A stretch of 64,000 nt of DNA from Octopus sinensis (lineage: Eukaryota): assembly GCF_006345805.1 (NCBI RefSeq), contig NC_043010.1:21142001-21206000 (forward strand), written 5' to 3'. The stretch's first letter is position 1; each line of letters begins with the position of its first letter. A program made the translations under genes and the position numbers. The notes below the pieces were generated by a model. That model searched no databases. It had not been told where the DNA came from and was given only the letters and a program-made list of their open reading frames with translations. This document shows, one piece after another, positions 36,034-50,841 of this stretch.

Positions 36034-36124
36034 ACACACACACGCACACACACGCACACACACACACACATATATATAACTACTTATACACACTCCGTTT
36101 TCATCATATGTTTGTGTGTGTGTG

Positions 36125-36277
36125 GTAAATAGTTTGCTCACCAACCACATGGTTCCGGGTTCAGTCCCATTGCGTGGCACCTTATGCAAGTGTCTTCTAC
36201 TATAGCCTCGGGCCGACCAAAGCCTTGTGAGGGGATTAGGTAGACGGAAACTGAAAGAAGTCCGTCGTATATATATG

Positions 36278-36310
<33 letters not shown>

Positions 36311-36316
36311 GTATGT

Positions 36317-36350
<34 letters not shown>

Positions 36351-36417
36351 AGTTTGTCCGCCCAATATCGCTTGATAACCGATACTGGTGTGTTCACGTC
36401 TCTGTAACATTAGCGAT
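36125..36417 (+). mobile_element. SINE family B, tail truncated
   Basis: CCACATGGTTCCGGGTTCAGTCCCATTGCGTGGCACCTT..GGAAACTGAAAGAAGTCCGTCG-(TA/TG)n. Confidence 0.85.
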
Positions 36418-36418
36418 T

Positions 36419-36480
36419 CAATTTCTATTTCTAAGTCTTCATATTTGGATAATTTCTCCATTCCTTCTAGAGATATGTCA
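36419..36480 (-). mobile_element. R4/Dong-type restriction-like endonuclease relic
   Basis: Translates DISLEGMEKLSKYEDLEIEI, the KxxKYxxLxxEI motif. Confidence 0.6.
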
Positions 36481-36556
36481 CCATTCTTGGGGAATGAAAA
36501 GATGCTTAGGAGTTATTCTTTCCTTGTGTGTTTTTGACGCTAATATCTGGGTGATT

Positions 36557-36780
36557 GGCTGCCAGAATCGTTAGCACGCCGGGTGAAATGCTTAGCGGTA
36601 TTTCGTCTGCCGCTACGTTCTGAGTTCAAATTCCGCAGAGGTCGACTTTGCCTTTCATCCTTTTGGGATCGATTAAATAAGTACCAGTTACGCACTGGGG
36701 TCGTTGTGACCGATTTAACCCCTTTGTCTGTCCTTCTTTGTCCCCTGTATGTTTATCCCCTTGTGGACAATAAAGAAATA
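36557..36780 (+). mobile_element. SINE family A monomer with 15-bp TSD
   Basis: AATATCTGGGTGATT at 36542-36556 and 36781-36795. Confidence 0.92.
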
Positions 36781-37596
36781 AATATCTGGGTGATTAGCCG
36801 CGATCACTCTGTGTGTAGTAGCATATTCAAGAGAATGGTAGCTTTAAAGCTATCCGTGGCCATCTTTGATGTAGGCTTACATCAATTCTTGTCGGTATTT
36901 CATAGATTTGGCACAACTTCCGGTGTATGTAACTCCCCGTTTGTCATTGTTAGCTGAATTTGGGCAATATGGTTGTCTCCTTTATCTCTATATATTCTGC
37001 AGTTACTATATTCTGTTTCATTATATATACATTATATGCTGTCTATAGTGTTGACGCTTTGAGTCGGTGCTGTAATCAAGAAACTGTCGATCTCGACCTG
37101 GAGTCCTGCAGATCTTAGCGAGTGTTTGAATTTTTCCTCGCTGTTTGTACAGTCTGACACATTTCTTTTTATTACGTTTTTAGTTTTCCCCCTATTCCCC
37201 TAGTCTGGACAGTCGTCTGCTTTTCAGTGTTGTATTTGCAAATTTTGCATTTTCTTTAAAAAAAAACAAAAAAAAACTAAAACACGAATTGATGATAATG
37301 TTTACAGGAGAATGAGACAAAGGTGGGGTGGAGAGCAGCAGAAATAAAGGGGGAGTGAAGGATGAAATGAGTCTGTGGACGATAGCACGTTTGCTGCTGT
37401 CATGGCAACGACAGTCACTGACAGAGGTAGAAATTGATGTCTTCTCATCCGATATATTTGACACAAAATGAAGGAAAAAGTTAACGACAACAACGACTTT
37501 GAAGAAAGTGGAAATCACAAGGGAGAAAAGTGAAAAGCTTCTAAACCAACCGGACGCAAACAGGACAAATTGCAGCAACAACAAAAGAATAAACCA

Positions 37597-37708
37597 TTCT
37601 TCTTCTTCTTCTTCTTCTTCTTCTTCTTCTTCTTCTTCTTCTTCTTCTTCTTCTTCTTCTTCTTCTTCTTCTTCTTCTTCTTCTTCTTCTTCTTCTTCTT
37701 CTTCTTCT
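37597..37708. repeat. Pure (TTC)n microsatellite
   Basis: Direct inspection. Confidence 0.95.
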
Positions 37709-40700
37709 CCTACCAAAATCACTACCACCACCACCACCACCTTAAACTTTGAGTAAGGTGTATCATTGATTTCGTCACACGAACCAAACAATAGGATTGT
37801 GTCTCCGCTAGCGTTCTTTGTGAAACATATTCACAGGGATACCCTATTATTCCATGCAAGAGTGAATATTTTGTACACATTCTGACATACTTATGCAAGT
37901 TGGTGACGAAACTGAACGTTCTGGATGTGCCACCAGAGTCACACATCTGGAGGGTGAAGACATGCAATATTCTAGAACAGACCTTTTCTCTTCTGGAAAG
38001 TAAAATTTACTTGGAATTTATTTAAAAAACCTCATTGGAGTTGAATTAGAAAGCATGAACAAAATTTCGGATCTTATACAGAAAAGATAGCAACTTCAAG
38101 GGTTAGGAACTATGCATTCTGCAACACCAACCACTAGAAGTCTCTCTGATTTCCGTCCATGCACCTCTCGACTCCACATCAAAATAGTATCACCAACAAC
38201 AGCAAATAAAATCAGTAACAGCGGCAGAGGAAGTGGAACGAACAACCTTAATAACGACAGCAATAGCAGGAGGAAAAATGAGACAATTGCTATATATGCA
38301 GCCAGATCAATAGCACGGCCGATAACAGCAACAAGTTTCCTTAAAACAACAATAGATATCGCTACCAAACCCTTCCTAAAAGAAAACTTACCTCCAATGT
38401 CCTCCTTTCTCTCTACAAAACGAAAATACAAGAGCGCACATAGTAGTAGAAACACTTCCGCTTTCAGCTACAACAGATTTCATTGAACCCTAAGTCTCAC
38501 GTTGTAACGACTTCCAGGCGAGAATTCAGCTTAGTGATGTCAGAGATAGAAGGAAAAGAAATGTGAGGAGAGAAACACAGCCCGCGAAAGGCGAAAGCAG
38601 GTATATTCCGAGTCTCGTCTCATTCTCAAAGTTTATAACCCACACACACCATTACAACAATTTGAGCAACGACAAAAATGGTTTCAACGAAATTTACAAG
38701 AGGAAGCACATCTACATTTTCAAAAGAAGGAATAAATCAATTAGAAGACCAACACCAACAACTGTAAAACATATAAGACGAACCTTACTTTATTGATGTT
38801 CAAAGAGCAGCATGGAATTGATAGCGGAAGTTATAAACAGCAAACTATATCCACTAATGGCTTTTAAAATCTCATCAAAACTTCCAAAGCCAGACTATTT
38901 ATCCAGACGTCCAAACATAAAACTGGTTAAAAGAAAACTATCGCTTTCATGTTTTGCTTCTTTAAAAAGAAGTTTTACAAAACTCTTTAAGGAAAGCTAT
39001 TGAATTCTCCTTTCTCAACCAAAGAGAAAGCCAAATGAAATTCTTGAGCGAATACTCTCGTGCCAATTTTCTATGTCTATGAGTTCTACTAATTTTGTAT
39101 ATCTGTTGAGGTCACGAGGTGGGTTGACAATGTTCTTCTGGAAATAATTAAACTTGAAAATACGGGAAATCATCTTGGAACCAGATGCCACTGGATGTTA
39201 ACGGCAACGAAAGGAATACATGCAGACGATCGGCCGCTTGTGCCCTGACAGGATCAGGATTATCTAATTCCTTCAGACATCTAGAGGCTTCCTTGGGCAT
39301 GTTTCGATTTTAAGTGCTAGTGTAAGCTGGGCTTGCATTTTCGATGCAGGGTAAGGTTGTGTACGGCTGGATTATAGGAAAATTGCATGCAAAAGCCTAG
39401 AAAATCCTGCTCGAACATTTTAGAGCTGTTTCATAGGCACCAACCGAATTTCCCGGTTGTATTAATGTGGACATGGGCCAGATATATCGGGTCATCCTGA
39501 TCGTATGTAGGTAGAAGTACTTTTTATGTTAGCCGAATAGAAATAATGCAGCATACCTATATCTCAAAACGTTTGGCAACGCAGACCATCCATTTGTGAT
39601 AGACAGGGTCGATTAGATAGGATTCATAGACAAGGATCCGAAAGTTTCATCACTGGAAGTTGAAGAGAAGTCAGAAATCTAGAAGCACCATGATTCTCAG
39701 TTCCGAGGTGCAAGCGGTTTTCCTTAAACATTTTGTTCGACTTTTCAAGCGAATAATAGGTCGGAGATAATAGTGCCTTCTTCGGTGGTGAAGACTTTCG
39801 GTTGAAAACGTGACTTGTCGCTTAAAGCTTATAACAACAGCTGAAATAAAAGTGGTATTGATTCGTTACACAATTCGCAAATAGTTCGGTTTTGATGTTC
39901 TGCACTTCGAATTTTATGAATATATGCTATGCTTGTTTAGTGACCTCCTGCCAGAGGTCTATCACAACTGAAAGCAGAAAGGGAGAATTACCTGTGCCTT
40001 CAGTAGCGTTGCTGCTACGTGGGGGCAACGACTATGGTATGTCGTAGATACCTTTCGGCCCATCACTCTACTGAGCACAGAATCATAATGTAAGATTTTG
40101 GACAAGGAGTTTTCCACAGATGTTTACACTTTTTGTCAGTGGACTGGTCGTTTAAGACACTAAAGTGCACGATTTCAAACAGATTCATCTACAATAATCT
40201 TCACCTCGTGCGTTACAACACGGGTATGGTTGAAAATAAAACTAACTTTAATAGGGACATAATCAATTTGCATCAGCCTGAAGTTTTCGTGAAGATCAAC
40301 ATTGCTACAGGGAAGCCGTTATGAGCGCAGTCGGGTTCGAACCCGTTTTCAGAGTTGGGATCACAGCGATGTACTGCAGTATCGGATTGGTGTTCAAACT
40401 TAACTACTACTCCTTGTAACTGTAATCCCAATACACTCTCGATCACTCAACCCCCCCCCTCTATGTACTGCCTCTCAGGTCAAACCTGCGAATATTATAA
40501 CTGTTAAGAGGCATCCTTTTCGAATTGGCACCTAAGTGTCGAAGACCACCAAACTTGGAGCACGATTTTAAAGGAACATTAGCGGATGGTATAGGCTAAA
40601 GTCAATCTGGTGAGGTCAGCGTCTTTGCAGCTCGGCACCAAGGAAGACAACTCTATGCCAGCGGACAGCATCGTTGGGTGCTGGATCGATAGACGGTTAA

Positions 40701-43700
40701 ACAGTTCGGTGTCTGGAGAAATGACAGAGTGCTTTATTTATTAGCACAACGTACCACCCGGTTCTTGAAGTGAGCCGAAATCGAATGCCTCGCTACTTAA
40801 CCACTATACTACGCAACTACACCTTTGGAGCTTGGCAGGGTCAATGCATGTTCTTTTTCTTTTTCTTTGTCTCTCCGTGACTGGTAAGATTAAAACGCCT
40901 GATGTTCAGACAATTCAACGAAATAAATGCTTTACAATATCCATAACTGCCCCTGTCTCAAATTTACTTGATACGTTATGTTGCCTTTCTCCCAAGGACA
41001 TTATGTTAACTACAGGAAGGGCTTCAGTAGGTAACTGAAGTTTTAACAGCGTCAGTAAATAGGTGAAGTCTTAACAAAAACTATCCACAACAGATTATTA
41101 TTCTATATTAGATTATTAGATTCTATAAAGGAGCAGAACAAATACTCGTCCTACAGAACCTCGAGGTTCATCCATATGATTAACAGTCTAGCTTAGTTTT
41201 ATTTTATTTATTTTTCTTTTCATATCGAATATAATTCTTCTAGGATTATTATAGGAATTCCGTTGTTCTATAAAAAATCAAAGAGCGGAAACAAATGTCC
41301 TGATCTCTTATAACAGAATAACGGGACAAGAATCGAAGAGGACTGTGACATTTTAACAAAAGGTTAAATATATGTGGGTTGTGTGTTTGGCCTACACATA
41401 ACAGTCTCTCTGTTTCTCTCTTTCCCTTTATCTCCCTAAATCTCTCTCTCTGTCTCTCTCTCCTCATTATCTCCCTCTTCTCTCTATTACACACACCCAC
41501 ACAAATCTACATTAGATTCAATCTATTAACCCTGATGTTTTCTCACGAAATACGATACGTGCGCTGCCGTGTACACTTGTTAGGCTGCCTCAATAACGTC
41601 ACGAGCGCCTCGTTAATCTGTCTCCAGTTCAAGGGAAATTACTTGTAAATAGCTAACCATACATTAATGAGTTGTTTTTACTAATAACGCCCCAGGATCC
41701 TGTAATTATTGTTTCATTTCTTATTACAAAAATGATGTCTTGCCATAAACTGTATATTTCTCTTTTTCTTTTTCATACAATAATGTTCCACTCTAAACGA
41801 ACTGAAATTGGTGTTATAATTATTTTATCGTCTGTGCATCACAAACTTTATTCATTCAATAACAATATCTCATTGAAATAGAGACATTGGCTTGAAATTC
41901 GGTTTCGAAATTTCTAAAACATATTTTCAAATCATTGCTCTTGTTATTTTCTTCTTATAAATGAATAAAGCGATATTTAAAGAATAAACGGGATATTAAA
42001 AGAGAAAAAAAAAAAAAAAAAAAACAAAAAAAAACAAAACAAAACAAAAAAAACGAATGATTATATTTTTGTCTGACAATTTGACACTTATTTATTCACA
42101 AACTTTCTTCGCCACTTATCTCTTATTCTAATTTATTTCTAATTTCGCAAAATAAATGAATGAATGAATAAATAAATAAATAAAATGAAATAAAATTAAA
42201 GAAAGGGAGCCCCTAGAAATATCATATCCTTTTGCAAAAACGAGATCTACTCCATCTTTATGACTTCAGGGCATAGTTTGTCTTCATTCCATTTCCATTC
42301 ATCCCATTTACAATCCTCCTCCGCCTCACTCCTCATCTTCTCTCCCCCTGTGTTCTCTATCGATTTTCCTTGTCGCAGTTTCCAACAATCGCACTTTACT
42401 TATGTACAAATAGGGCAAATAAACACTCAAAGAAACTCTAAAACTGGGTTCAATGGAATTGGTTTTTTAACAAAGAATAAAAAATCCTCACCATGAAAGA
42501 TAAAGTAACTAGCGAGAGTGTTGCAGTACGCGCACGCGCGCACATAGAAATAAATAAATATATATATATGCGTACATACATACACACACACGTACACACA
42601 CTCACACACATACACACATGTGTACATACATACGTGCATAATTACACACACACGTACACAGACTCTATCTCTCACACACACACATGCTATCATAGACAGA
42701 CAGCGATTCCTAAATGTTGTGTCAATGTATGAGGAGACTAATCTAGTTTGGGTAACTGCAGAACTGGTTTTATGTGAAATGCGGAGCACATCTCGTTTAT
42801 TGGTTTAGATATACTCAAGACTATCTACGAGAAAGCAGTGTTTTATTGGAAAGAGATTTGGCTGCTATATTTATCAGAATTTTATACCATGCAAAAACTT
42901 ATTGTTGATTGGAAGTATTGAGTGAATGGCCTGATATTTCTATAGTTGTCACATCTCTGTCGTTGATCCAAGCATACCCAAGTAAATTTATTTGATGTAA
43001 GGGAGTAGTGAGGTGTCAATTAAATATAACACAGAGGCCTACGCCATTGGCTCTGAGTCCTAGAAATATACACGGACACACACACATACAAACACATGCA
43101 CATACACACACACATACACGCACAAACGTAATGTATATATATATAATACATTAAAAAGTCAGCTTGAATCTTGCTTGTTTGCTTACTTGCTTGCAATGTT
43201 ACCCAGCCAAACTGGTGCATAATGGGAAAATACAATGAATTAAGTTGCTCCTGAAAACTTAACACGAACAAAATAAAACAAGTTTCGCGTATATCGGGCA
43301 ATTTTTTTTTTGAGAGATTAGGGTGCTTCCGGGTATAAATACCCAAAATGGTGCACAATGGAAAAATATTCTGAAAACCCTTACCTTTCGATTAGACACA
43401 GTGACTTGACAACGAAAAAGTGCAATTTGTTCTTTTACAGTAAATGTTTCTATTTTCGCTTTTGTTAAACACAATATCTTTATCATTTAGAAATATTTTT
43501 AAGTGAATGTGATTTCAAAAATATAAGTTGTTTGCACAGTAAGTATTTATATTTTAGTTTTCTTTAAACGGACAATATTTTAATGTCTTTTTAAATTATT
43601 TTCAAGTGAATGCCATTACATTTGGTATATTTAAACAATATTCTAAACTGAAAATGACTTTAAAATTACGGTAAATATTTCGTAAAAGACCGTTCGTAAC

Positions 43701-43896
43701 CTCGGTGTAAAATAAATTTTTCCATAGGTGGACCTTACAAGGTTCAGGCAAAATGCTCTTCAAACTGATGTCACTCAGTTACCTTTGTGCAATGAGGCCG
43801 TTGTATCTTTGACTGACTGAGTATACCGCAATCACCCTAAGGGTCCAACTGGTAGACCTCTGGCAGTGGTTCTCTTTGGCACTTAAGAGGTCTAGG

Positions 43897-44050
43897 TCAG
43901 GCATGGGCAACCTTCTTCAAGAACTGGGCAGCATGACACATGGTTTACCATTGTGGGTTGCCATACCAAATTACTTCAAGCTAAGTTTTCAGTAGGTGTG
44001 CCATTCATGGGCGACTTGCTGCCCGCAGGCGACACATGTTTGCTCTTGGC
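43897..44050. mobile_element. Degenerate hAT-type MITE
   Basis: Left end CAGGCATGGGCAACC; right end eroded (..GCCCGCAGG..ATGTTTGC). Confidence 0.35.
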
Positions 44051-44439
44051 CTTCAGGCTTCGCTTCTATTATGCCTCACCACTTATTTTTGTCACTATGT
44101 CGTCACTTCTGGAATAGCTGCCTTCACTTCCGCTGAATTATCGACGGAACATCATCTTGCGTCATTATTTCATTCTGAGTCCTTGTCCTGATGTCCCTTT
44201 GATTGAAGTGCTTATTTTCCCTTATCTCGGACACGCTTTGTGGTAGCTTTCTTTTCAAGGTTTTGCATCATGCTTTGAGTCTTATTTATAAAATATGTGG
44301 TTAGAGTTGCAAACTCTGCGCCTCATCTGTTATCCTCTCCTACCCAGCAGTTATCCTCTTTTTCATGGTCGTCATTCAGTTTGTCACGTGTGTCACATGT
44401 GTCACCAGAGTATTTCATTCCTGCATACTTTTAATATTT

Positions 44440-44597
44440 TATTTGTCTCAGACATTTCATTACAGCTATGTTGGGCATCACCTTCGTGGAGTCCTAGTCG
44501 AATGAATCGACCCCAGTTCTTATCCTATCGAGCTCTTTTGCCGAACCATTAAATTACGGGGATGTGAACAGAGCTACACCAATCGTCAAGTGGTGTT

Positions 44598-44652
<55 letters not shown>

Positions 44653-44800
44653 CATGCTTCTTTCAGTTTCCGTCTACCAAATCCACTCATAAGGCTTTGG
44701 TCTGCCCAAAGCTATAGTAGGATACATTTACTCAAGGTTCCACTTAGTGGGACTGATCCCGGAAACATGTGGTTGGGAAGCAAGTTTCTTACCACACATT
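44440..44800 (-). mobile_element. SINE family B with internal (CA)n
   Basis: Reverse complement of family B head, body and tail; further minus copies at 20140-20345, 47530-47945, 51320-51735, 54895-55215 and 62290-62430. Confidence 0.8.
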
Positions 44801-45204
44801 AAACAAATTCAGGTATTACAAATGTAATACCTGATCATCTAATTAGTATTGTATCCTGAAGTGGTTGAGTATTCCGAGTGTTACAACGTACATTTTCATA
44901 GAGATAGCCTGCCCTAAGATGATTAAGTCAAGGCCATGGAATCACTTGCCTGAGGTGCCACGTAAGGAGACTGAACCCAGAAACATGAGGGTGGGAGGCC
45001 ACATATTTCACGCCTGCTACTACGTACATACATTTACACACTCACATACACATACGTACACACACATACACACACACACACATACACACACACACACACA
45101 GACACACACACACACACACATCTATAACCTATGCATTTACAAATGAAGTTTTGGAGAATTACAACAATAAATTTTATTTCTGATTCAAGATTTATATCCT
45201 TTTC

Positions 45205-45570
45205 TACTTTAAGCACAAGGCTCAAAATTTTTGGGGAGAGTGCCAGTCGATTAGGTCGACCCCAGTACACAACTGGTACTTCATTTATCGACCCCGAAAG
45301 GATAAAAGGAAAAGTCAACCTCGGCGGAATTTGAACTCAGAACGTAAACACAGACGAAATACCTATTTCTTTACTACCCACAAGGGGCTAAAAACAGAGA
45401 GGACAAACAAACGGATTAAGTCGATTATATCGACCCCAGTGCGTAACTGGCACTTATTTAATCGACCCCGAAAGGATAAAAGGCAAAGTCGACCTCGGCG
45501 GAATTTGAACTCAGAACGTAGCGGCAGCATTTCTCCCGGCGTGTTAACGTTTCTGCCAGCTCGCCGCCTG
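45205..45570 (-). mobile_element. SINE family A dimer
   Basis: Same dimer junction; other family A copies at 24200-24450, 47250-47470, 50190-50405, 59742-59970, 60710-60935 and 62025-62245. Confidence 0.85.
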
Positions 45571-46246
45571 ATTCAAGTCTTAAATTGGCTGAGGACTAAC
45601 AAATTGTTAAAGTTTGTCTAGTTTAAAGCTGTTAGTGAAAATTTGGTCGCCGTAGAGTGAGAGAAAATATGAGAGAGATGCCAGGATAATGTGATGAGCT
45701 TACAGGTTCTCGACGTGGCCTGGGCGTGGATAGGGAAGATGAAGGAGACAAAAAAGAAGAGTCAGGAAGAAATATTTAGTGAGGAGGTTTGGGCAAGGCG
45801 TATCAGAAGACGGCAATTTAATTGGCAATCGCAAGAGAGTGGTGTTGCTATATTATCGTGTAGTCTTGATGACAGCAGTCGTATTGCTATGGGGAGAGAT
45901 ATGGCAGCGGTGAAGGTGGGAGGAGAATCGAGAGAGATAGAGGGAGGCAGAGAGTAGGGAAAGAGAAAAGAAGAGTATGTGCGTGTGATCGGTGGTGGTG
46001 TGAGGGTGGAGTACAACGTCTTGTTCATGTGTGATGGGTGTGGTTTGCGTGTGGGGGTGTGTATGTATAGAATGGTAATGAAGGAGAATGGAACAGGCAT
46101 TGTGATGACTGGGGGGGTGGGGGCGGTCAGGTGGTGGTGGACAATGAGGATTTGGATGGTGATGGTTATGGTGATGATGTCGATGATGAGAGGAAGGAAG
46201 AAGTATATTGATAGTAGTGGTATTATTATTATTGTTGTTGTTGTTA

Positions 46247-46292
<46 letters not shown>

Positions 46293-48449
46293 CGTTGTTG
46301 TTAAATTTTGAGGATGATACAGCTTGTTACTGCTATTGAAGATGGTGGTTCTGCTGGCGGTAATAATGAGTTGATGATGATGATGATGATGATGATGACG
46401 ATGACGATGATGATGATGATGATGATGTTGATGATGATGATGGTGGTGGTGGTGGTGATGACGATGTGCTCCCCTGTTGACAGCGATGACAACAATGCTG
46501 CAGAAGACGCAGCTCGCATGAAAACGTGAAAGACGTCTGCAAGTCCCATGGTGGTCTTTGCGTGCGCGTCAGAGTGTTTAATGTATGTATACCTTGTATA
46601 CGTTTATATTTCAGTGTGTATGTGTATTCCCATAGATATGTGTATATAATTCTGTATGTATGACTCTGTATGTGTGTATGTAACACATTGCTAACATAAC
46701 AATGAGATATGGTGTGATCAAAATGAAGAATTTTCTTCAAGTTGGCATCGGTCAAAATGATCCTGCTGTGAATTATGGGATTGATAGCTTTCGCCACCCC
46801 CTTGTTGCCCCTTACCTTTTCGCCCCCTTCCATTTCTCCCCCTTTTTGGCAGACATTTGATACTTGTAAACGGTAGAGAGACCATAATTGTTGTTGTTGT
46901 TGTGGCTCTGGTATTTATTTTTCTTGTAATATATTTTATTGATGTGTCTGAGGGTTCGGTTACTTTTGTTTAGTGCTGTTGTTTAGCCTCAGGCCATTGC
47001 TGATTCGATTCACCTATTCGTCAAAGATATTCCACTCGTGACCTTCCCATTTATTCGTGTTTTAGAGGTTTCTTTCAAAGACATCACATTTAGAACCACA
47101 TTAAACCATGTTTCGTTAACATCTCCGCCAACTTGCATTGATTTTAAACGATAGAATGTAAAACGAGGGAGATCTAACTGCTATTTCGTGCCAATACAGC
47201 AACTACCTCAGGGTTCCTCGTTGACTCGTTGTTCTTGTTAATCTCGTTATCATTATTGGTTTCAAATTTTGGCACAAGGCCAGCAATTTCGAGGGAGGGG
47301 TAATTGGCTTTCATCAGCCTCACTGTCCCAACGGTACTGATTTTATCGACCCCAAAAGGATGGAAGGTAAAGTCGACCTCGTTAAAATTTGAACTCAGAA
47401 ACGTAGAGCCGAATGAAATGCCGCTAAGCATTTTTCCCGGTGCGGTAACGATTCTTCCAGCTCGTCGCTTTACTTTGGTTATCATAGCTGTTGTTTTTGC
47501 TGTTGTTTTTGTTGTTGGTGTTTTAATCTATTTGTTTCAGGCGTTAGCCTGCGGCCATGCTGGGGCATCACCTTGAAGAAATTTTAGCCGAATGAATCGA
47601 GTCCTGTTGTTATTTTTTAAGCCTACTACTTATTCTAACGGTCGCTTTTTGCGAACCGTTAAACTACGAGGACGTAAACAAAACAACACCGGTTTTCATG
47701 CAGTGGGGATGATAAACAGACACACACATACACACACACACATACAGACACATACACACACACGAGCGCACGCGCGCACTCGCATATACACACACACTCA
47801 CATACATATACGACGGGCTTTTTTCAGTTTTCGTCTCCCAAATCCACTCATAAGGCTTAGGTCGGCCCCAGGTCGGCCCCTTAGGTCGGCCTCAAGGTTC
47901 CACGTGTTGAGACTGAACCAGGAAACATGTAGTTGGGAAGCAACACTGTGTTGCCGATGATTTTGTTGTTAATATTGTTATTGTTTTTCTTCTTGCGCTG
48001 GTGGATTCGTTGTTGGTGCGTTTGTTGTTGTTGTAGTTATTGGTGCTCTTTTGTTGTTTTTGTTTTCGTTGTTATTGATGTTTTTTTTGTTACTCTCCAT
48101 CCCAAAGTTCGATTTGAACGGACAAACCCATGATCAGAGGCGCTTTGCCTGCGATCCCAGCCCCACCTTTCTTTCAGACATAGTGTACTTAGGAATACAT
48201 TAACCAAAGTGTCCTTAGATGATTTTTAAAGATTAGGGTATGACATGAAAGGGATTTGGCTGCTATTTCTAGCTTCGACACAAATCGTGGATTCATGGTT
48301 AGCATTCTTCAGAGTTGCCAGTGAAATTTCTTAGAAAGCGGTGCAAGATTTTCAAAATGTAGTGGATTGTCCTAGAAATAACCTAATACAAACACATACA
48401 CACACAATGTGCGCATACGCACACAAAAACATATATAGATACAAAGATT

Positions 48450-48545
<96 letters not shown>

Positions 48546-49461
48546 GATATATGCGTATGTACTAATATTTACGCGGTGTCGTTTATTGATCATGATGTCC
48601 AATTGATGTCTAGAAGTTCCAAGTGTTCGATTACATTTAGAAAGATACAAATGTGAGAAGTAAATGTGTTTATAGTCCATGTTTATTACAGCAAGTTCTA
48701 ATGAAAAATACCCGAACCGTAGTAGTCGACCATCTTCTCGTCTAGCAACACTGATACAGTTATAAACTGTCGGTGAAATTGTTGTATTCATCGTTACAGC
48801 TATTGCTGTTATTGTAGAACCCCTTGTCAACCAGGAACAAGCAAAGGCCTTGCATTAATGATTACCCTGTTCTTCTCTCAGGAATTGTGTATCTAGGCCT
48901 GCATTAGCCAATGTGGCCAGTCTTTATCGATGAAGGGTTACGTTATTCTGAAAATGTCTTGTTTTAAACTTGCATATATTACGTTACAGATTAAATTTAT
49001 TTTGCTGTTATTCGTGGTACCTTTTAAGCTACAGAAATATCAATGAAACCTGAAACTAACAAAAGAGCAAAATACAGTAAGTAAATTGTAAAAAAATATG
49101 TGTCAGCTGTGAAGAAACTATCAAATTGTGTCTGTTATCCTGTCTTAGCCAAAACAGATTCTAATAAAAACAGTCTTTGAAGATTCGTATATAGGAAGCT
49201 ATGTCGAAATTACCACAAGAGAGAAAAAAGCTGTATGTTGTTAGCAATGCTAACTTAGAATACCCCATAAAACATTTGAGCGAATGTCAAATTTACTGTA
49301 ATCAGGGATATGTTGGTTTGCCCAGACGAGAAGATTAAGGGGATCACAAAGGCATTAGTGTCAAACACCATCAGGTTACGGAATATCTACTCGACTATAT
49401 ATCAATTGCAGCACAGCAAAAACTAGTGTTTATAAAATATATGAAGAAAGCATACAAGTTT

Positions 49462-49493
<32 letters not shown>

Positions 49494-49500
49494 GATATAT

Positions 49501-49543
<43 letters not shown>

Positions 49544-49673
49544 CACACATACACATGCATACATACATGCATACATACATACATACATACATACATACAT
49601 ACATACATACATACATACATACATACATAACATACATACATATATATGTATAATATATATGTATATATATGTA

Positions 49674-49748
<75 letters not shown>

Positions 49749-50640
49749 GATAGATAAATAGATAGATATAGAGAGATTGAGAGATTCAGAAAGAGAGATA
49801 GATGTAGTTATGCATGTTTTTGTATGTATGTATGTATGTGTGTATGTATGTATGTATGTAGGCATGTATGTGCGTGTGCGTGTTTGTATGCGTATGTAAA
49901 TAGAGATAAGTGTATTTGCGTAAGATTACGAAAAGTGGAGGAATCCAAATGGTAATGCGTGACAACTTAATTTTCATTTTGGGGGAAATGAAAAAAAGTA
50001 ACACGAATAAATAAGGAAAGACCCAAGATTAAACATCTACACCGAATACAAAAAAATGATATTCCGAGGGCCGGGGTCATATATCAATAACTAAAAATTT
50101 GAAAACTTATTTACATAAAGGCACATGGATTGCCATTTGATTATGCAATGAAAGGAGACAATAGGAAAACCGTTGGAATATTCATAGCAGCAGGCCGGCG
50201 AGCTGGCAGAAACGTTAGCACGCCGGGAGAAATGCTTAGCAGTATTTTGTCTGCAGTTGCGTTCTGAGTTCAAATTCCGCCGAGGTCGACTTTGCCTTTC
50301 ATCCTTTCGGGGTCGATAAATTAAGTACCGGTTGTGTACTGGGGTCGATCTAATCGACTGGCCTCCTCCCCCAAAATTTCTGGCCTTATGCCTAGAGTAG
50401 AAAGGAAGAGTTTGATAGTTCTTTCTAAATTTGGCACAAATCGAGCCCTTTTAAAGGGAGGGAGCTAATATTTGAACGGTACTTTACTTTATTGACCCCA
50501 GAAGGGTGAAAGGCAAATTTGATAGCCAAACTCCAACCTAAAACGTAAAGAGGTCTTGGAAATGAATGCGTGGCGTTCAATCATAAAATATATAAATATA
50601 TATATGCAAGTATACATAATACATACATATATGTATATAT

Positions 50641-50673
<33 letters not shown>

Positions 50674-50766
50674 CATATATATACATATTGTATGCATCTA
50701 TCTATCCATCTATCTGTCTGTTTATCTACCAACCTACCTACCTACCTACCAGCCTACCTGTCTTCG

Positions 50767-50841
<75 letters not shown>

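Noticed and set aside
37192-37791. 199-aa ORF with poly-Glu and hydrophobic stretches
   Set aside because: Driven by the (TTC)n and (ACC)n tracts; no domain or splice support
40844-40883. Signal-peptide-like exon MHVLFLFLCLSVTG with a GTAAGA donor
   Set aside because: Hydrophobicity comes from a T-rich run beside a SINE; no downstream plus-strand exon found
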